Part shown: piece after piece, positions 22,914 to 35,040 of the stretch
Layout of the letters: every line of letters starts with the position of its first letter
Numbering within the stretch: the stretch's first letter is position 1
Assembly: GCA_027923505.1 (NCBI GenBank)
Contig: BROI01000003.1
Location: forward strand, 868,001-932,000
Reading direction: 5' to 3'
Length of the DNA stretch: 64,000 nucleotides
Source: Mayamaea pseudoterrestris
Lineage: Eukaryota
Translations under genes and position numbers: made by a program
The notes under the pieces: model-generated
What the model saw: the letters and a program-made list of their open reading frames with translations, nothing else
Databases searched by the model: none
Told to the model about the DNA's origin: nothing

Positions 22914-24638
22914 TCAAGGCAATGAACAGCAGGCAGCATTGGCGATGCGCAGTACATCAACAAAAGCAGTGTCAGTTTCACCACCGCGGTCTGCCTCATA
23001 CTTTACTACGCGTTGAAGCGCATCTACAGCCGACTCGTCACCTTGTTGGGCAGCCAAACCAAACAATGTAGCCGCTAATTGCCGTCTTGGTATATCGTCC
23101 TGTTCAATTCCCTCAAGCATAAGTTCACCTGCCAGTGCTGATTGGGCGAGATGATTTCCGCGAATAGCTCCTTCAAGCCAACATCGCTTGGCGAGATTTG
23201 TGTGCAAGGCAGATCTCTCACTTTCGACAGCAGCATGAAGATCCTCACGCAATTTTTGCAGTTGGTCAAGAAGAAGACTCAACTCGGATAACATTGATAC
23301 AGGCAAGTCACCTTCCTCGCACAAGCTACCAAGCCGAGTTAGCGCAAATGCGTTCCCCTTTGACGCGCTTTGAAAGTATAAATTGCATGGTTGTAAATTG
23401 AGGCGTTGTTTATTTCCATAAGCATGGTAAGATGGCGTCGCTCCCTGTGCATCAGCATCTCCCGTCGTAGTTATCGACAAACTTTCCAAAGCACTGGCCA
23501 AAACGAACTGTGTCGTGGCACTGGTATCTACATCTTTTCCTTTCAGTAGCCAAGGAGCATCAAGATGCTGAAGAGGTGACTCTGCCTCATCATTTGGCCT
23601 TTCTTCAGTGTTGGAAGAGAACCAAACAATAAGACTTGTTCTTGTCTGATTACCTCGCACATCGACCCCATGTAAAACGTCCCATGAATGAAGAACTGCA
23701 TCGCCACACTGTAACGGAAAGAAGCGACGAAGTGACGCATGGTTGGACGTCTTTCCCATAATGGGCTCATCGACCTGCGAAATGACTTCCGTCGTATACA
23801 AACCGTTCATTCCAGTTGCCGCCGAGTCATCCAAGGCGCAGACGGCTGTCAATTGCGAGTACACGTCATAGTGCGCCGATATACCACTGCGTGACTGACC
23901 ATCTATAACGTCGTCTCCGTAGCGACGAAGAAAGACGTCCTGCACATTCAAGGAGGACGTCTTCGAAAGCTTTTGCGCCAGCGGAAGCAACTCCTCGTAG
24001 ATGTAAGGTTTAACCAGATGAATCAAGTAGCGCAAATTGCGTTCGAAGTCGTCATCATTGTCGCCATCATAACTGTTGGTTTCTGATAAAATGGGCACGC
24101 CATTACTTATCAAATTTAGATGAAAGCTTGGCAGTCCGTCAACCGAATCAGGGTTTGTCGACCACCAGCCTTGTAGCGTCATGAAATCCAACCGCTCAGC
24201 GATTGCCTGCGTGACGGCTTTTGGAAGCAAGCTTGGGACGTGGCGAACAAGGCTGTCAGAGTTGTGACTCGCGAATTTAAACTGGTAAGGAAGACGCTGC
24301 TGGCAAAGCTGTGCGAGTGATTGCAGTGCTTCCAATCCCCGTTCACCGTTGAAATGGCGTAGCGCCGTAGTTATTTGCTGATGAACGAGTGCATACGATG
24401 AAGTTGCAGTTGCTGTTCTTAGCCAACTGTGATGAGTATGTCCAATATCGTCTTCTGTGCCCAAAGAAGCTTTTGTAATCGACAAGCCAATCGATTGACT
24501 ACCAGCGATTGCTCGATTGTTGTCTGTGAATCTCGGTGTCGGTGTTGCATGCTGATGCTGGACGCCGAAGGAATTGATTCGACGAGCCAGAAGGAGGATC
24601 GCAACAAGTGTCGCATGGAAAACAAACAGTCGACGCAT
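22914..24638 (-). CDS. 2OG-Fe(II) oxygenase with C-terminal Sel1-like repeats, signal/bipartite presequence
   Basis: FLRRY, AHYD, VLHGV, RTSLIVW; Sel1-like SASKGNAFALTRLG, AAQQGDESA; hydrophobic N-terminus with INS-FGV. Confidence 0.7.
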   Translation of the reverse strand: MRRLFVFHATLVAILLLARRINSFGVQHQHATPTPRFTDNNRAIAGSQSIGLSITKASLGTEDDIGHTHHSWLRTATATSSYALVHQQITTALRHFNGERGLEALQSLAQLCQQRLPYQFKFASHNSDSLVRHVPSLLPKAVTQAIAERLDFMTLQGWWSTNPDSVDGLPSFHLNLISNGVPILSETNSYDGDNDDDFERNLRYLIHLVKPYIYEELLPLAQKLSKTSSLNVQDVFLRRYGDDVIDGQSRSGISAHYDVYSQLTAVCALDDSAATGMNGLYTTEVISQVDEPIMGKTSNHASLRRFFPLQCGDAVLHSWDVLHGVDVRGNQTRTSLIVWFSSNTEERPNDEAESPLQHLDAPWLLKGKDVDTSATTQFVLASALESLSITTTGDADAQGATPSYHAYGNKQRLNLQPCNLYFQSASKGNAFALTRLGSLCEEGDLPVSMLSELSLLLDQLQKLREDLHAAVESERSALHTNLAKRCWLEGAIRGNHLAQSALAGELMLEGIEQDDIPRRQLAATLFGLAAQQGDESAVDALQRVVKYEADRGGETDTAFVDVLRIANAACCSLP

Positions 24639-25000
24639 TACTCTTCAAAACTATTACAAACTTAGCTTGTCGATGGCCTCACCAGAGCGATGGCGTTGCT
24701 TGGCGCAACAAATAATTCACGTCGACGAATACAATCGGTCTGACTCATCAGCACGTTTATCATTTGTGACAAGTTTAATATTGCCCTTGACTTGACACGA
24801 GTGGCGAGAGATTTAGACTTATTTTTTCAATGACGGAGTACTTTTAGGATCCCTGCTTTGTTTGCATTGGCAATGAGCGTAAATTTGACGTTAGAATTAC
24901 GGAATATGTATTGAGCCAACCACTAACAAGGCGTACTACAATTAAATGAGTGAAAAATGTTTCTGCACACCAAAAGGCTGTACTTGTGATGACTGAGAGT

Positions 25001-26959
25001 TTAAGCAAGGTTTCGCCAAGGGCCCTGTGGAAAGACATCATCAGGGAGCTCAATGTAGTGGCGGAATGCATTGTTTGTGAATTGATCGCCAGTCTCCTCA
25101 TCGTCGACGAACACAAATGCATGCTGTGGAACATTCCTGAGGTACATGGCTGTACCCGTCGTCGTATCTTCATACTTGAGAGTATATAAAACCTTGCCGC
25201 CACTTGCTCCATTGTCAGTTCTCTCCAAGATAATTGGCTCCACCAGAACGCTGCTCGTGTACAGTGTTTGATCATTTGGTTCCGAGAATATGTAGGGATT
25301 CTCTTTTGATCCATCACCCAACGAGCCATCGTCGTTAGACATGGCAAATACTTTCAGTAATATCCCCGACGGATATGGATTACTTTGCTGTTCATCTTCC
25401 GTGCGCAAGTGTTCCTTCTCCAACTCGGTGTTCAAATCAGACGCGCGGAGCGGCCATGTTCCGGCAACTTGCTTGCCTGTCAGCTCATTCACATATTTCT
25501 TGGCATGCTCATCCCAGGCATCCTTCCAACGCTTGCCGTAGTTAATGGTGATCTCCTCACCTTCAGCAATGTCGCGCAAGGCGACAATGTCAATGACGAG
25601 TCCAATCGATTGGTCGTGCAGCAGTTCAGAGGGTGAGACTTTAAAATACTTGTCTGTATGCAACGGGTGCTTGGACCACTGCATTCTCGCATTGGGCTCT
25701 GGGCTATGATTGATCAAATTGACGTTAGAGCCCATTGGGATAAAACCCATGGTTGATTCCGGATGCGAGTAAATGTAATTCATCAGTAGCTGTTTTCCGC
25801 GAAGGAGTTGATCCTCTTGACGGTACATGACGCCGTTTTCATCCTCGGCTAGCTCATACATGTTTAGGGTCAACTTGTCGGTCAACAAAAGCGGGGTAGG
25901 AGCGACAAGCCCACCTTGCTGAATCTTGCGGTTAGCAAACGCCCCGCGACCAGCATTTGGTATATTAGAAGGACCAGCTCGAATGTTATCCATGCACATG
26001 CCATTTGCGGCAAGCCACTCTAGAGGCTTGGATCGTGCCGCAGTCAATTTTGACGTTTGGCTATACTTCTCAATGCCTCCTGCCTTTTTGACGTACGCTA
26101 AGCCACTTGGATGTGCTGGTAACAGAGCTTCGATCAGTTTCGCTTTGACAGGACCAACAGCGGCCTCCAAAAAGTCATCCGTCATGAAGCGGTAGATTTG
26201 CAGCTTGCCGCTCTCGTCAACTGCCTGGTCATGCTTCTGAAAAAACTCGAGTAGCTGGTCGACCGTCTGATCAATGCGTGTGTAGTCCTCCTGGCCCAGA
26301 GTGTCAACCTCATCGTCATCGTCGTCATCCTCTTCTTCTTCCTTGTCGTGCTCGTCGTTCACCGTGCCGTAATTGAGAATTATTTCATCTCCAGGTTTAA
26401 CGTCCTTTGTCGCCAGCAAAATCTGATTGTAGAAAGGACTGGTGGCTCCTCGTCCAGGATGCGCTTGGCCAGGAGCCTCACCAACTGTGACTCGTTGATA
26501 GCTGGCGCGCACGTCAAAGTATGCATTGTCTGACTTGGTGTTAAAGTCTGCAAGCAATCCTGCACCAGGAATAATGACGGCGCCACTATCCTCCTCGTCA
26601 AACTCATCTCCGGCACCAGCAATCGCGGGCTGCCATGTGTTGTGGATGAGTGAATCTGCAATGGCGAGTAGATAATCATGCTCAACTTCATCCTCATCGG
26701 GGTCCTCCGTATTGTGCGCTCGTAAGGCGTGCAAGTTAATGGCAACATCTGGAGAACCAATCGCGTCGTTCTTACTATAATCTTTGCCAGCGTACATACC
26801 CCATTGAGAAAAGGAGTCCGCGGATGTCCGGCGAGGATTGCTGGAAGGAGCGAGATAGAGACCGCATGTTAAGGTCGGTTGATCGGCATCAGTGTCAAGA
26901 TTTCCGTGTGCGGTTTGCGCAACCAAAGTAGCCACGACGAGTACTACCAGCGCATTCAT
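25001..26959 (-). CDS. Signal-peptide tandem SET-domain methyltransferase (diatom BacSET-like)
   Basis: Signal peptide MNALVVLVVATLVAQTAHG; SET1 WGMYAG...ATKDVKPGDEIILNYG; SET2 AGRGAFA...LINHSPEPN...ALRDIAEGEEITINYG. Confidence 0.85.
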   Translation of the reverse strand: MNALVVLVVATLVAQTAHGNLDTDADQPTLTCGLYLAPSSNPRRTSADSFSQWGMYAGKDYSKNDAIGSPDVAINLHALRAHNTEDPDEDEVEHDYLLAIADSLIHNTWQPAIAGAGDEFDEEDSGAVIIPGAGLLADFNTKSDNAYFDVRASYQRVTVGEAPGQAHPGRGATSPFYNQILLATKDVKPGDEIILNYGTVNDEHDKEEEEDDDDDDEVDTLGQEDYTRIDQTVDQLLEFFQKHDQAVDESGKLQIYRFMTDDFLEAAVGPVKAKLIEALLPAHPSGLAYVKKAGGIEKYSQTSKLTAARSKPLEWLAANGMCMDNIRAGPSNIPNAGRGAFANRKIQQGGLVAPTPLLLTDKLTLNMYELAEDENGVMYRQEDQLLRGKQLLMNYIYSHPESTMGFIPMGSNVNLINHSPEPNARMQWSKHPLHTDKYFKVSPSELLHDQSIGLVIDIVALRDIAEGEEITINYGKRWKDAWDEHAKKYVNELTGKQVAGTWPLRASDLNTELEKEHLRTEDEQQSNPYPSGILLKVFAMSNDDGSLGDGSKENPYIFSEPNDQTLYTSSVLVEPIILERTDNGASGGKVLYTLKYEDTTTGTAMYLRNVPQHAFVFVDDEETGDQFTNNAFRHYIELPDDVFPQGPWRNLA

Positions 26960-27105
26960 AATGTTGTTTAAAGCCTTCAATAGACTCTTAAATGCAAAGA
27001 CGTGGACAGAGGATTAAATTCTGGTGATGGTAGGAGGTGCAAGTGCCACCAGTTTGGCGAGGCGTCGGTGGCAGTGGAAGCCGCACCATCAACGAGCACG
27101 TTTTG

Positions 27106-27302
27106 AGTTTTCACTGGCACTCGTTTCAGGCATATTTAATGTGACGCAGTTATCACTGGCACCCGTTTCAGGCGTAACTGTTGTGACGCAGTTATCACTG
27201 GCACCCGTTTCAGGCATATATATTGTGACGCAGTTCTCACTGGCACTTGTTTCAGGCATACTAAGAGTGACGCAGTTTTCACTGGCACTTGTTTCAGGCA
27301 TA
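27106..27302. repeat. 42-bp tandem array, ~4.7 units (variant of the family)
   Basis: Units at 27141, 27183, 27225, 27267 plus a partial at 27106; GTGACGCAGTTNTCACTGGCACYYGTTTCAGGCRTA + 6 variable nt. Confidence 0.95.
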
Positions 27303-27480
27303 ATTCTTTCAGAAGCACGGTCGTAAGGAACCTCTGATCCAAGAAACGTGACGACAATGGCGGTCATCGAGCGGCTGCGCCGAGTTGAGCACGACGAAGC
27401 TTCCACTGCAGCAGTCTGTATCATAACTACAACACTTCATTGGAGGCTTCATTGAATCGACCAAATATCTTACTGGAGTC

Positions 27481-28898
27481 ATGGTTTTAACTGATCGACA
27501 GCGGTCCGATCTGCACGCTGGCATATTCGAGTACCTCAAGAGTCGACCAGGCGATGCGTTTGCCAAGGTGGCCGATGCATTGCGAGAGGCTGACCCATCG
27601 ATACACGACACTTTGAATGGAAGTAGTAATGGGAGTAGCAAGTCCTCGACGCCCTTGTTGGAGAAGAAATGGACGGCGATTCCTCGACTGCAAAAAAAGG
27701 TGCTTGAATTGGAACGAACGCTGGCACAATCCGCAAAAATTCACGCGCATCGAACCGGCTTGGACGAAGCGACAGGAACAGCTCGACGAATGCTACCAAG
27801 GCAACCTTGCAACTACAAACTAGCGGGTCATTCGCAGGTTGTAACAGCCGTTGCTTTACATCCAGTCTTCACCATGGTGGCGAGTGGATCCGAAGATGGA
27901 ACCATCAAGGTATGCAATGCACATGAATGAGATGCAGAATGGAAATGAATGAATCTAAGTATCATGTCACTGACTACATATTCAATTTGCCTCTCCAGCT
28001 CTGGGACCACGAGAGTGGGGAATATATGCGGACCCTGAAAGGTCATACGAACACTGTCAATTCCGTCACCTTCACACCTCGCGGCACGCACTTGGCGTCC
28101 TGCAGTACTGATTTATCCATTAAACTTTTTGACATGCAAACATTCTCCTGCGTCAGAACATTGAGAGGCCATGATCATACTATTTCATGTATTCGATTTT
28201 TACCATCGCTTGAAGTGGAACAATCAGGCGGAACGGCCACGACGGAATCCACCACGACTGGCTTGACGGCGGCGGCTGCTGGGTGTAGACAATTAATCTC
28301 GGCATCAAGGGACACAACTGTGAAACTTTGGGATGTTGAAACTGGGTTTTGCGACCATACATTTACGGATCATTCGGATTGGGTACGGTGCTTGGCGGTT
28401 CGGCAGTGTGATGGGAGTCTTTGGGCGTCATCGGGAAATGATACTGTCATTAATGTTTACAGCAACCACCGAAATAAAGTGGTGGACCTACGAGGCCATG
28501 AACATGTTGTTGAGACGTTGGCTTTTATCACGGAGGATGCGCTCAAGGGAATCGGTCGAGACTCCAAGCACACTGAACTGGTTAGGGATTATTTGGCGTC
28601 TGGTTCGCGAGACCGTACAGTAAGGCTATGGAAGCTTTCTGAAGCATCTTGTCTGGCCGTTTTTAAAGCACACGAGAATTGGGTGCGGAGCGTGGTAATT
28701 CATCCTAGTGGCAATTACGTCATCAGTTCATCCGATGACAAGACAATTCGCGTGTTTGACATCAAAAACAATAGATGCTTACGGACGCTGGAGAAGGCGC
28801 ATGACCATTTCGTAACGTGCCTCGATATGCATAGCACGTTGCCGGTTCTCGTATCTGGAGGAGTTGATCAGGTGGTCCGGTGCTGGATGCTGGATTGA
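27481..28898 (+). CDS. LIS1: Lissencephaly-1 homolog (LisH, coiled coil, WD40), 2 exons
   Basis: [41 protein letters not shown]40 repeats; intron 27910-27998. Confidence 0.92.
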
Positions 28899-29126
28899 GT
28901 GGGTGCGGCGTTGAGTGATATATCTGCGTATTTGTAGTTTTAATAGAATTGAGTGTTATTAAGTAAAAGCGTTGTCCTATAGCTAATAATGTGCTGGGGC
29001 ACGGCGCGAGACACTCAGTATCGTGCTATTGTACAGTTGTTGGCAAAAAACTGGGATTCAAAAACTGACGGCTCGTTTAAGCAGCGCCGATAAGGTTTTT
29101 ATTTGCAATTTTTAATGTGAAGTGGG

Positions 29127-32100
29127 TTATCGATCCTGCTTGCCTCGGCGCCGCACAATGCTGGGACATGGCAATGGTTCGTCAGGGTCAATGGGTGCAA
29201 AGATTTCGTTTTCTGCATCATCAATCTCAATGGACAGATTGCTCACATGAGATCCACCTCCATCAGTGTCAGTCATGCTTTGATCAGTCTCGGACGCTCG
29301 TTCGCCCAATGCGTCATGCCCGCGTAGGTTCCGCTCGTTCATTCTCAAATCAACGACAACTGATGCCATCATCTTCAGCTTGTCAGGATTAGTTGTTTCG
29401 GCGTCAGGATCGTCAAAGCCGTCTTGTACCGTGACATCACCCAGCGGTGCACGAGACCGTTTCCATATCAGATACGCTACAAACAAAGCTAGAAGACCGC
29501 CAAAGGTGACGGCGACAATCTCCCAGTCACCCAGCAATGGGCTACTTTCATTCTGTAGTTGACGAGCTGTAGGAACGTAATAGTCGGACAGTGGGCTGTC
29601 CTGCCCAGGCAAATTAGATGCATTCGTCGGATGGTAAAATGGATCGTCAAGTTCGCCGTCGCAATCCATATCCTGCAGTAGCGATCCATCGCAAACACAC
29701 TTTCCCTGGTCGTAGTCGCAAACGCGCTTGGTACCCAAACAGTCTAGAACACAGTAAAATGTTGGACAAACGCGCACCGGATCAGGGCAAATGACGCGGT
29801 CGCCACTTTTCGTGACAATAACAGTTCCATTCCGCGCGCAAGAACGCCAAACACCATCCACTTGGATGCGAAAGCTTTGATCTTCCACAACGCATGCAAT
29901 TCGCAGGCACAAGGCAGTGCTCTGCAGTTGTCTCTTGCCTGATATGCATCTCGAGTTGCGATCACCAAATCGTTCCATTTGATCCACGCGAATGAGTGCC
30001 TCATTGTTGGGATCGGCGCAAAGACCGTTCGTAAACCCGGCGTAAACTGGGCAATAGTCCATATAGCGATCACTGCCGCCGACATTGGATCCGTAAGTAA
30101 AATTAAAGTATTGGTACTCAAACGGTAGCGATCCAGAATACTGGCCCATGGAGCATGTGGCTTTTCTAGTCAAATCAGACGTACAACCGTCCAGCTGCGT
30201 CGCATATCCATCAGCGTCAAAGGATGGACTCTCGTTGCAGAAGAAAGCCTCATATCCGGTTGGTACCTTGCCTTCTGAGTCAATGCAGGTTGATTCGATA
30301 AAAGGACAACCAGCTCCTCTACCCCAGCCTGCGGCGTGCGTCGCTCGTGATAGGTCTACCTGGTACCAACCAGAGTCGGCGAAGTATGCCAGGGTAATAG
30401 TAGATATGCGCGGCGTATATTCCAAGTCTTCAATCAATGGATTCATAATGTCCATCTTGAACAAGCGCCGCTCCCAGTGATCACCAATGCAATACGATGA
30501 ATTTTCATATAAAGGGAGAAATTCGCCACTCTCCAGCTCGGCGCCGGGAAGTTCCTGACAGTTGAAGTGATTGCGAACAACTTGTCGGACCGACGGGCTC
30601 ACAACTTCGGCGACGCGAACACCCCCTCGAACCGTTCGAAACTGCAAAATGTCAGCCGATGGCAGGGTAATATTCGCAAACGTGCGACCATATTCTCCAG
30701 GTCCGGTGCACTCCACCAGCGTCTCTGGTACGGATCCATTAACGCGCGGTGTAATTGGAGTCCCGTCGGATCGTCGAAAGTGTGCCAGACTGACAGAGTT
30801 GAAACCAAGAGCATGCCCCAGTTCGTGCATGACTGTCATAATATTGAGTTTGATATTCTTGACATCGAAAAAGTCATCTCCAATGCAAATGTGAAGAATG
30901 GCAGCCGTCGGCCGGTCGTATTGATCCGTCGAACAAAAGGACGATGCGGCCAAGTACTCGCCCGTGCATTGCTGCGGTGGACGAATATGTAAAAAGGCAT
31001 CATCCCGTGTCACATTTTCACCAGATTCAAACTCGGCGAGCTTGCTAGAAGTCAGATTGGACAAGTCACTCCAATACGATGTCATGTTTTCGAGAGTTGA
31101 CGTTGCGTTCCATTCCGCTGACTCGCGAGGAATGCCTCGCTCAACATTGACAAAGCCCAGGTCCAAGTAAACAATCATATCCGTCCGTTCAATGCCTTGC
31201 GTCAAATGTTTCTTCGGAACAACAACGCTCGGCAATCCAGTGTCCAGTCCAGGTCCACAACTCACCGAGTCAATCAACTGCGACTTGTCAACTGTCAAAT
31301 TACCTCGGACTGGATCGACCCGAAGAGCCGCACTCCAAGCCAACAAGGCTGGCTTGACAATGTTTTGCATGAGTATTTCATGTTCTTCGTTCGACAAGTA
31401 CTGGGCGCCTCCTTCCTGTTCGGATAAAAAGGCTCGAATGCGAATTGGATGGAAGCGTTCATCGTGTCCATTGGTCGCATTAACGATCCGCTCCGAGTCC
31501 GTGTAAATGATCGTTGCAATGTCTTGCTCTTGGTCAAACGTTTGGTTAAGTGCACGCAAGTCGGCAGTAGTATAGTCTGATACATTGAAGACTGTGGTGC
31601 TGGTAATGTTAAAGTCAGTGGCATTGGGTGCAGACTCTCCATCAATGTTTGCATTGACAAAGTCACCGGCCCGCTCATTAATCTCGTCTTGCTGCTGCAC
31701 GGAAGCTGTCCTGGAAGCAGCTTTATCATAATCAGTCGGCTCGTTGATTGCATTCTTCGCGGCGTCATTCTCAAGCTGTCGCAACGAGCTTGTCCGGCGA
31801 GACGCATGTTTCACCGGTTCATGCTTGCTGCTGCGAAGTTGCTCCTTGCCTAGCTGATAAAAGACGTCATCTGGATGTTCAATTGTAGCATCTGCAACAA
31901 TTTCTGATGCTCGACTATTGGCTTGAATCAATCTCCGATCATCCAATGCTGCAATGCGCTCGCCAATCAATGGAGCAAAGAACGGCTCTAGCAATCGCCG
32001 TTCGCCATTTTGAAGCGTGTGCATATATGAGACTTGTCTTGAAGCGGGAGGAACTCGATGCTGTCTCGACATGGGACTCGCCTGATGCATTGGCATGCTC

Positions 32101-32177
32101 ATGAAAGCAGTCAAGCCAATGAATGTCAATGCGCGCTTCCGCGAAACGACGAGTGGTTTGAACGTAGCGTTCGCCAT
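29127..32177 (-). CDS. Leishmanolysin/GP63-like metalloprotease (peptidase M8), membrane-anchored
   Basis: HELGHALGF, DHWERR, Met-turn DIMN, GWGRGAGC, Cys-rich region, C-terminal TM; start inferred at MANATFK. Confidence 0.88.
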   Translation of the reverse strand: MANATFKPLVVSRKRALTFIGLTAFMSMPMHQASPMSRQHRVPPASRQVSYMHTLQNGERRLLEPFFAPLIGERIAALDDRRLIQANSRASEIVADATIEHPDDVFYQLGKEQLRSSKHEPVKHASRRTSSLRQLENDAAKNAINEPTDYDKAASRTASVQQQDEINERAGDFVNANIDGESAPNATDFNITSTTVFNVSDYTTADLRALNQTFDQEQDIATIIYTDSERIVNATNGHDERFHPIRIRAFLSEQEGGAQYLSNEEHEILMQNIVKPALLAWSAALRVDPVRGNLTVDKSQLIDSVSCGPGLDTGLPSVVVPKKHLTQGIERTDMIVYLDLGFVNVERGIPRESAEWNATSTLENMTSYWSDLSNLTSSKLAEFESGENVTRDDAFLHIRPPQQCTGEYLAASSFCSTDQYDRPTAAILHICIGDDFFDVKNIKLNIMTVMHELGHALGFNSVSLAHFRRSDGTPITPRVNGSVPETLVECTGPGEYGRTFANITLPSADILQFRTVRGGVRVAEVVSPSVRQVVRNHFNCQELPGAELESGEFLPLYENSSYCIGDHWERRLFKMDIMNPLIEDLEYTPRISTITLAYFADSGWYQVDLSRATHAAGWGRGAGCPFIESTCIDSEGKVPTGYEAFFCNESPSFDADGYATQLDGCTSDLTRKATCSMGQYSGSLPFEYQYFNFTYGSNVGGSDRYMDYCPVYAGFTNGLCADPNNEALIRVDQMERFGDRNSRCISGKRQLQSTALCLRIACVVEDQSFRIQVDGVWRSCARNGTVIVTKSGDRVICPDPVRVCPTFYCVLDCLGTKRVCDYDQGKCVCDGSLLQDMDCDGELDDPFYHPTNASNLPGQDSPLSDYYVPTARQLQNESSPLLGDWEIVAVTFGGLLALFVAYLIWKRSRAPLGDVTVQDGFDDPDAETTNPDKLKMMASVVVDLRMNERNLRGHDALGERASETDQSMTDTDGGGSHVSNLSIEIDDAENEIFAPIDPDEPLPCPSIVRRRGKQDR

Positions 32178-32608
32178 GGTTGAAACTACAGAGTACGATG
32201 TTGTGCGTGTCCGCTGCTTCCTGACCTCGCACCGAAACTCATGTTGGCGGCTGTGCTTCCTTGTGTGCGCGCGCCAGTCGACCTTCCGTTTCTCCGTCGG
32301 TTGAGCCTTCGCCGAACGTTCCATTTGAAAATCATCGGACAGCAACAAGAGGTTCCTGGGTTTTCTGATCGACTAAAATACAATTTGATTTGCAGGGACA
32401 GGATTTGAATGAAACAAGGGAGAGGCTGACTTGGATTTGACTGAGGAGTGGCTTTACAGGACCAAATCTCTTCACGACATATCTCGTCCTTCCATCTCTT
32501 GTTCTTCCACTTCAGCACCATCATCGATTCAAGAATTGTACAGCAGTTCAGCCAGTTTCACCTTTAAAAATACAGTTACACCCACGGTCTACTTTCCACG
32601 CTCGCTTA

Positions 32609-34929
32609 ATGACCATGGCAGCAATACCTTTTATAGTCCTGCTAATAGCATCGGCGCATGGCTACGCAGTCCGAGATGATCAATCCAACAGTAACAGTCA
32701 TAATCAACTGCTTCTTCGATCCAAAAACAGCACGCCGCGATGGGAACGAGTCAATGTCATTCGACGACTCTACGGACCCGACAATCGAAGCGCTCGTAGA
32801 GAGATTGCGCAACTGGAAAATCGAATGGAACGATATACGACTGGCTACAACGCTGATCCCAATCATCGCATTCATTACGACAATCATCCATACGACAAGA
32901 AGAATAAGAGACGATCTTTGGCGTATGGCAATGAAACATTGGTATCATCGGCCAGTCTATTCAAACCAATGCGATTCACCTTTTATACCGATGCTTTGGA
33001 AAAGGCGCGAGACGGAACGAACGACGACAAGATTTCTTGGTTTATCAAGACTATTCTACCAAAGACGGCAAACTTTTGGTCCTCGGCATTGAAAGTCGTA
33101 CCTATCAGTGGCAATCTGATAATCAGTGCGGCCGAGCTGGACGGCGGCGCCTATTGCGGTGATTCAGTCTTTACACAAGTACCGGATGAACACTTGTCCG
33201 AGGGAGTGGAAAACACAGATTTGCTGTTGTATGTTTCGGGATCGCCGGATTCAAGATTTTGTCCGCCACAAACGCTGGCAGTGGCTGTCCCATGTAACTT
33301 TGACCAGTTTGATCGACCAATTGCGGGCGCAATTAATGTTTGCCTCGATAATATTGTGTTGAAGGACGATGGTACAGCTTCTGATGCAGTTGTGGGAGAT
33401 TATACGGATGTTACTATTCACGAAGTCGGTCGTAAGTAACAAATTATGTGTATACGCAATCACTTTCTGACAATCAGCTTGATGACTTACGCTCGTTTCA
33501 TTTTTGCAGACGTTCTTGGTATGTCATCAAACAGCTTTCGATTCTTTTGGAACCCAGAGACGGGCGAGCCGCGAACTTCTCGCCCTTTTGAAAAATCCAC
33601 GGTCACTTGCGTGGATGGAACGGAACAAGACATAGTTCTTCCAGCTCAAAATACTCTTAAACTATCCACCAACGAGAACGGTGATCGGCATGCTAGTATT
33701 GTGACTGAGAAGGTAAGAGCAATCGCTCGAAACCAGTTTGATTGCCAGTCGCTGGCCGGGGCACAACTCGAGAATCAGCAAGACTCTTGCATTGGGGATC
33801 ACTTTGACGAAAGGCTCTTTTATTTGGATGCCATGTCGCCCGTCATTGCACCAACGAGTAATGTTTTCTCATCGCTGACATTGGCATTAATGGAGGACTC
33901 TGGCTGGTACAAGGCAAACTATACAATGAGCAAAATGTCGTCATGGGGGCTCGGCGCAGGATGCGACTTTGTCACGGGCAAGTGCCTCAAGGTGACGAGC
34001 AATGGCCCGGTGTTGCCGAACTATTCAAAAGGCTATTTTTGTAACAAGGAGAGTGAAAAAGGATGTTCTCCCGAACTAACGAATAAGCTGGCCTGCACGG
34101 TCGTCGATTACTATCATCTCGTGCCCCAAAACCTTCCGTCGCAAAATGAGCAATACTTTGCGAACGAGCCGACTAAGGGTGGTTTGGCACAGACAGACTA
34201 CTGTCCTGTGTATGGAAGTCCGTATAAGAGCAAGACTGTGGACCAGTTGAGCTGCAAGGATCCCGACAATGCCGATTCCTTCAATGTGTATAACGAAGTG
34301 TATGGCGCCGACAGTCTATGCTTTCCGTCAAACATGGGCGAAGGCTTGTGCTATCGCACAGCTTGCGTCCAAGACGAAATGGCTTTACGAATAAACGTGC
34401 GAGGCGAGTGGCTTACTTGGTAGGTCGTCATTGTATAAGTGCAATTTTGTTGCTCATCTCCTAGCCTTTCTGACCGCACCATTTTGATTCTTCGCCCAGC
34501 GACTACGACTTTCAAAAGCTTACCTTTAAAGTAGGCCAAGGTTTACTTCCGGTTACTGTCACGTGTCCTCGTTTGTCTCAGGCTTGTCCTGACTTATTTT
34601 GTCCCTTCAACTGTGCTGGTCGTGGCGTGTGTAACTACGGCAGCAACAACACCTTGCGACCTCAATGTGAATGCTTTGATCGAAACGACACATCAGCAGG
34701 CTGCTCTAATTCCCAAATTCCTAACGGTGGCTTCCTTTCTGACTCGAGTGGTTTATTCGACAATGTGGAAGAAAACTTTTTTGACCCACTGATAGCCGTC
34801 TTTGTCGACAACCCGAGCACATGGACCACCGCTTCGTGGGCATGGGCGGCTGGTCTACTTGTAGTCTTTCTCATTTTGCTACTGTGCATATGCTCCAGTT
34901 TCTGTCCATCGAATCGCAAGCGACTATAG
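32609..34929 (+). CDS. Second leishmanolysin-like M8 metalloprotease, 3 exons
   Basis: Signal peptide; HEVGH split by intron 33432-33509; DHFDER, DAMS, WGLGAGC; intron 34420-34499; EGF-like Cys region and C-terminal TM. Confidence 0.88.
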
Positions 34930-35040
34930 CCGCCGTTACACAATTTAAAGAAACATTTATAGAACCGTCCATTTAGTTAATTATGTACAGGTGTGGTTTT
35001 TCAAATTAAGGAATATATACATAAGCTTGATGATATCCAA

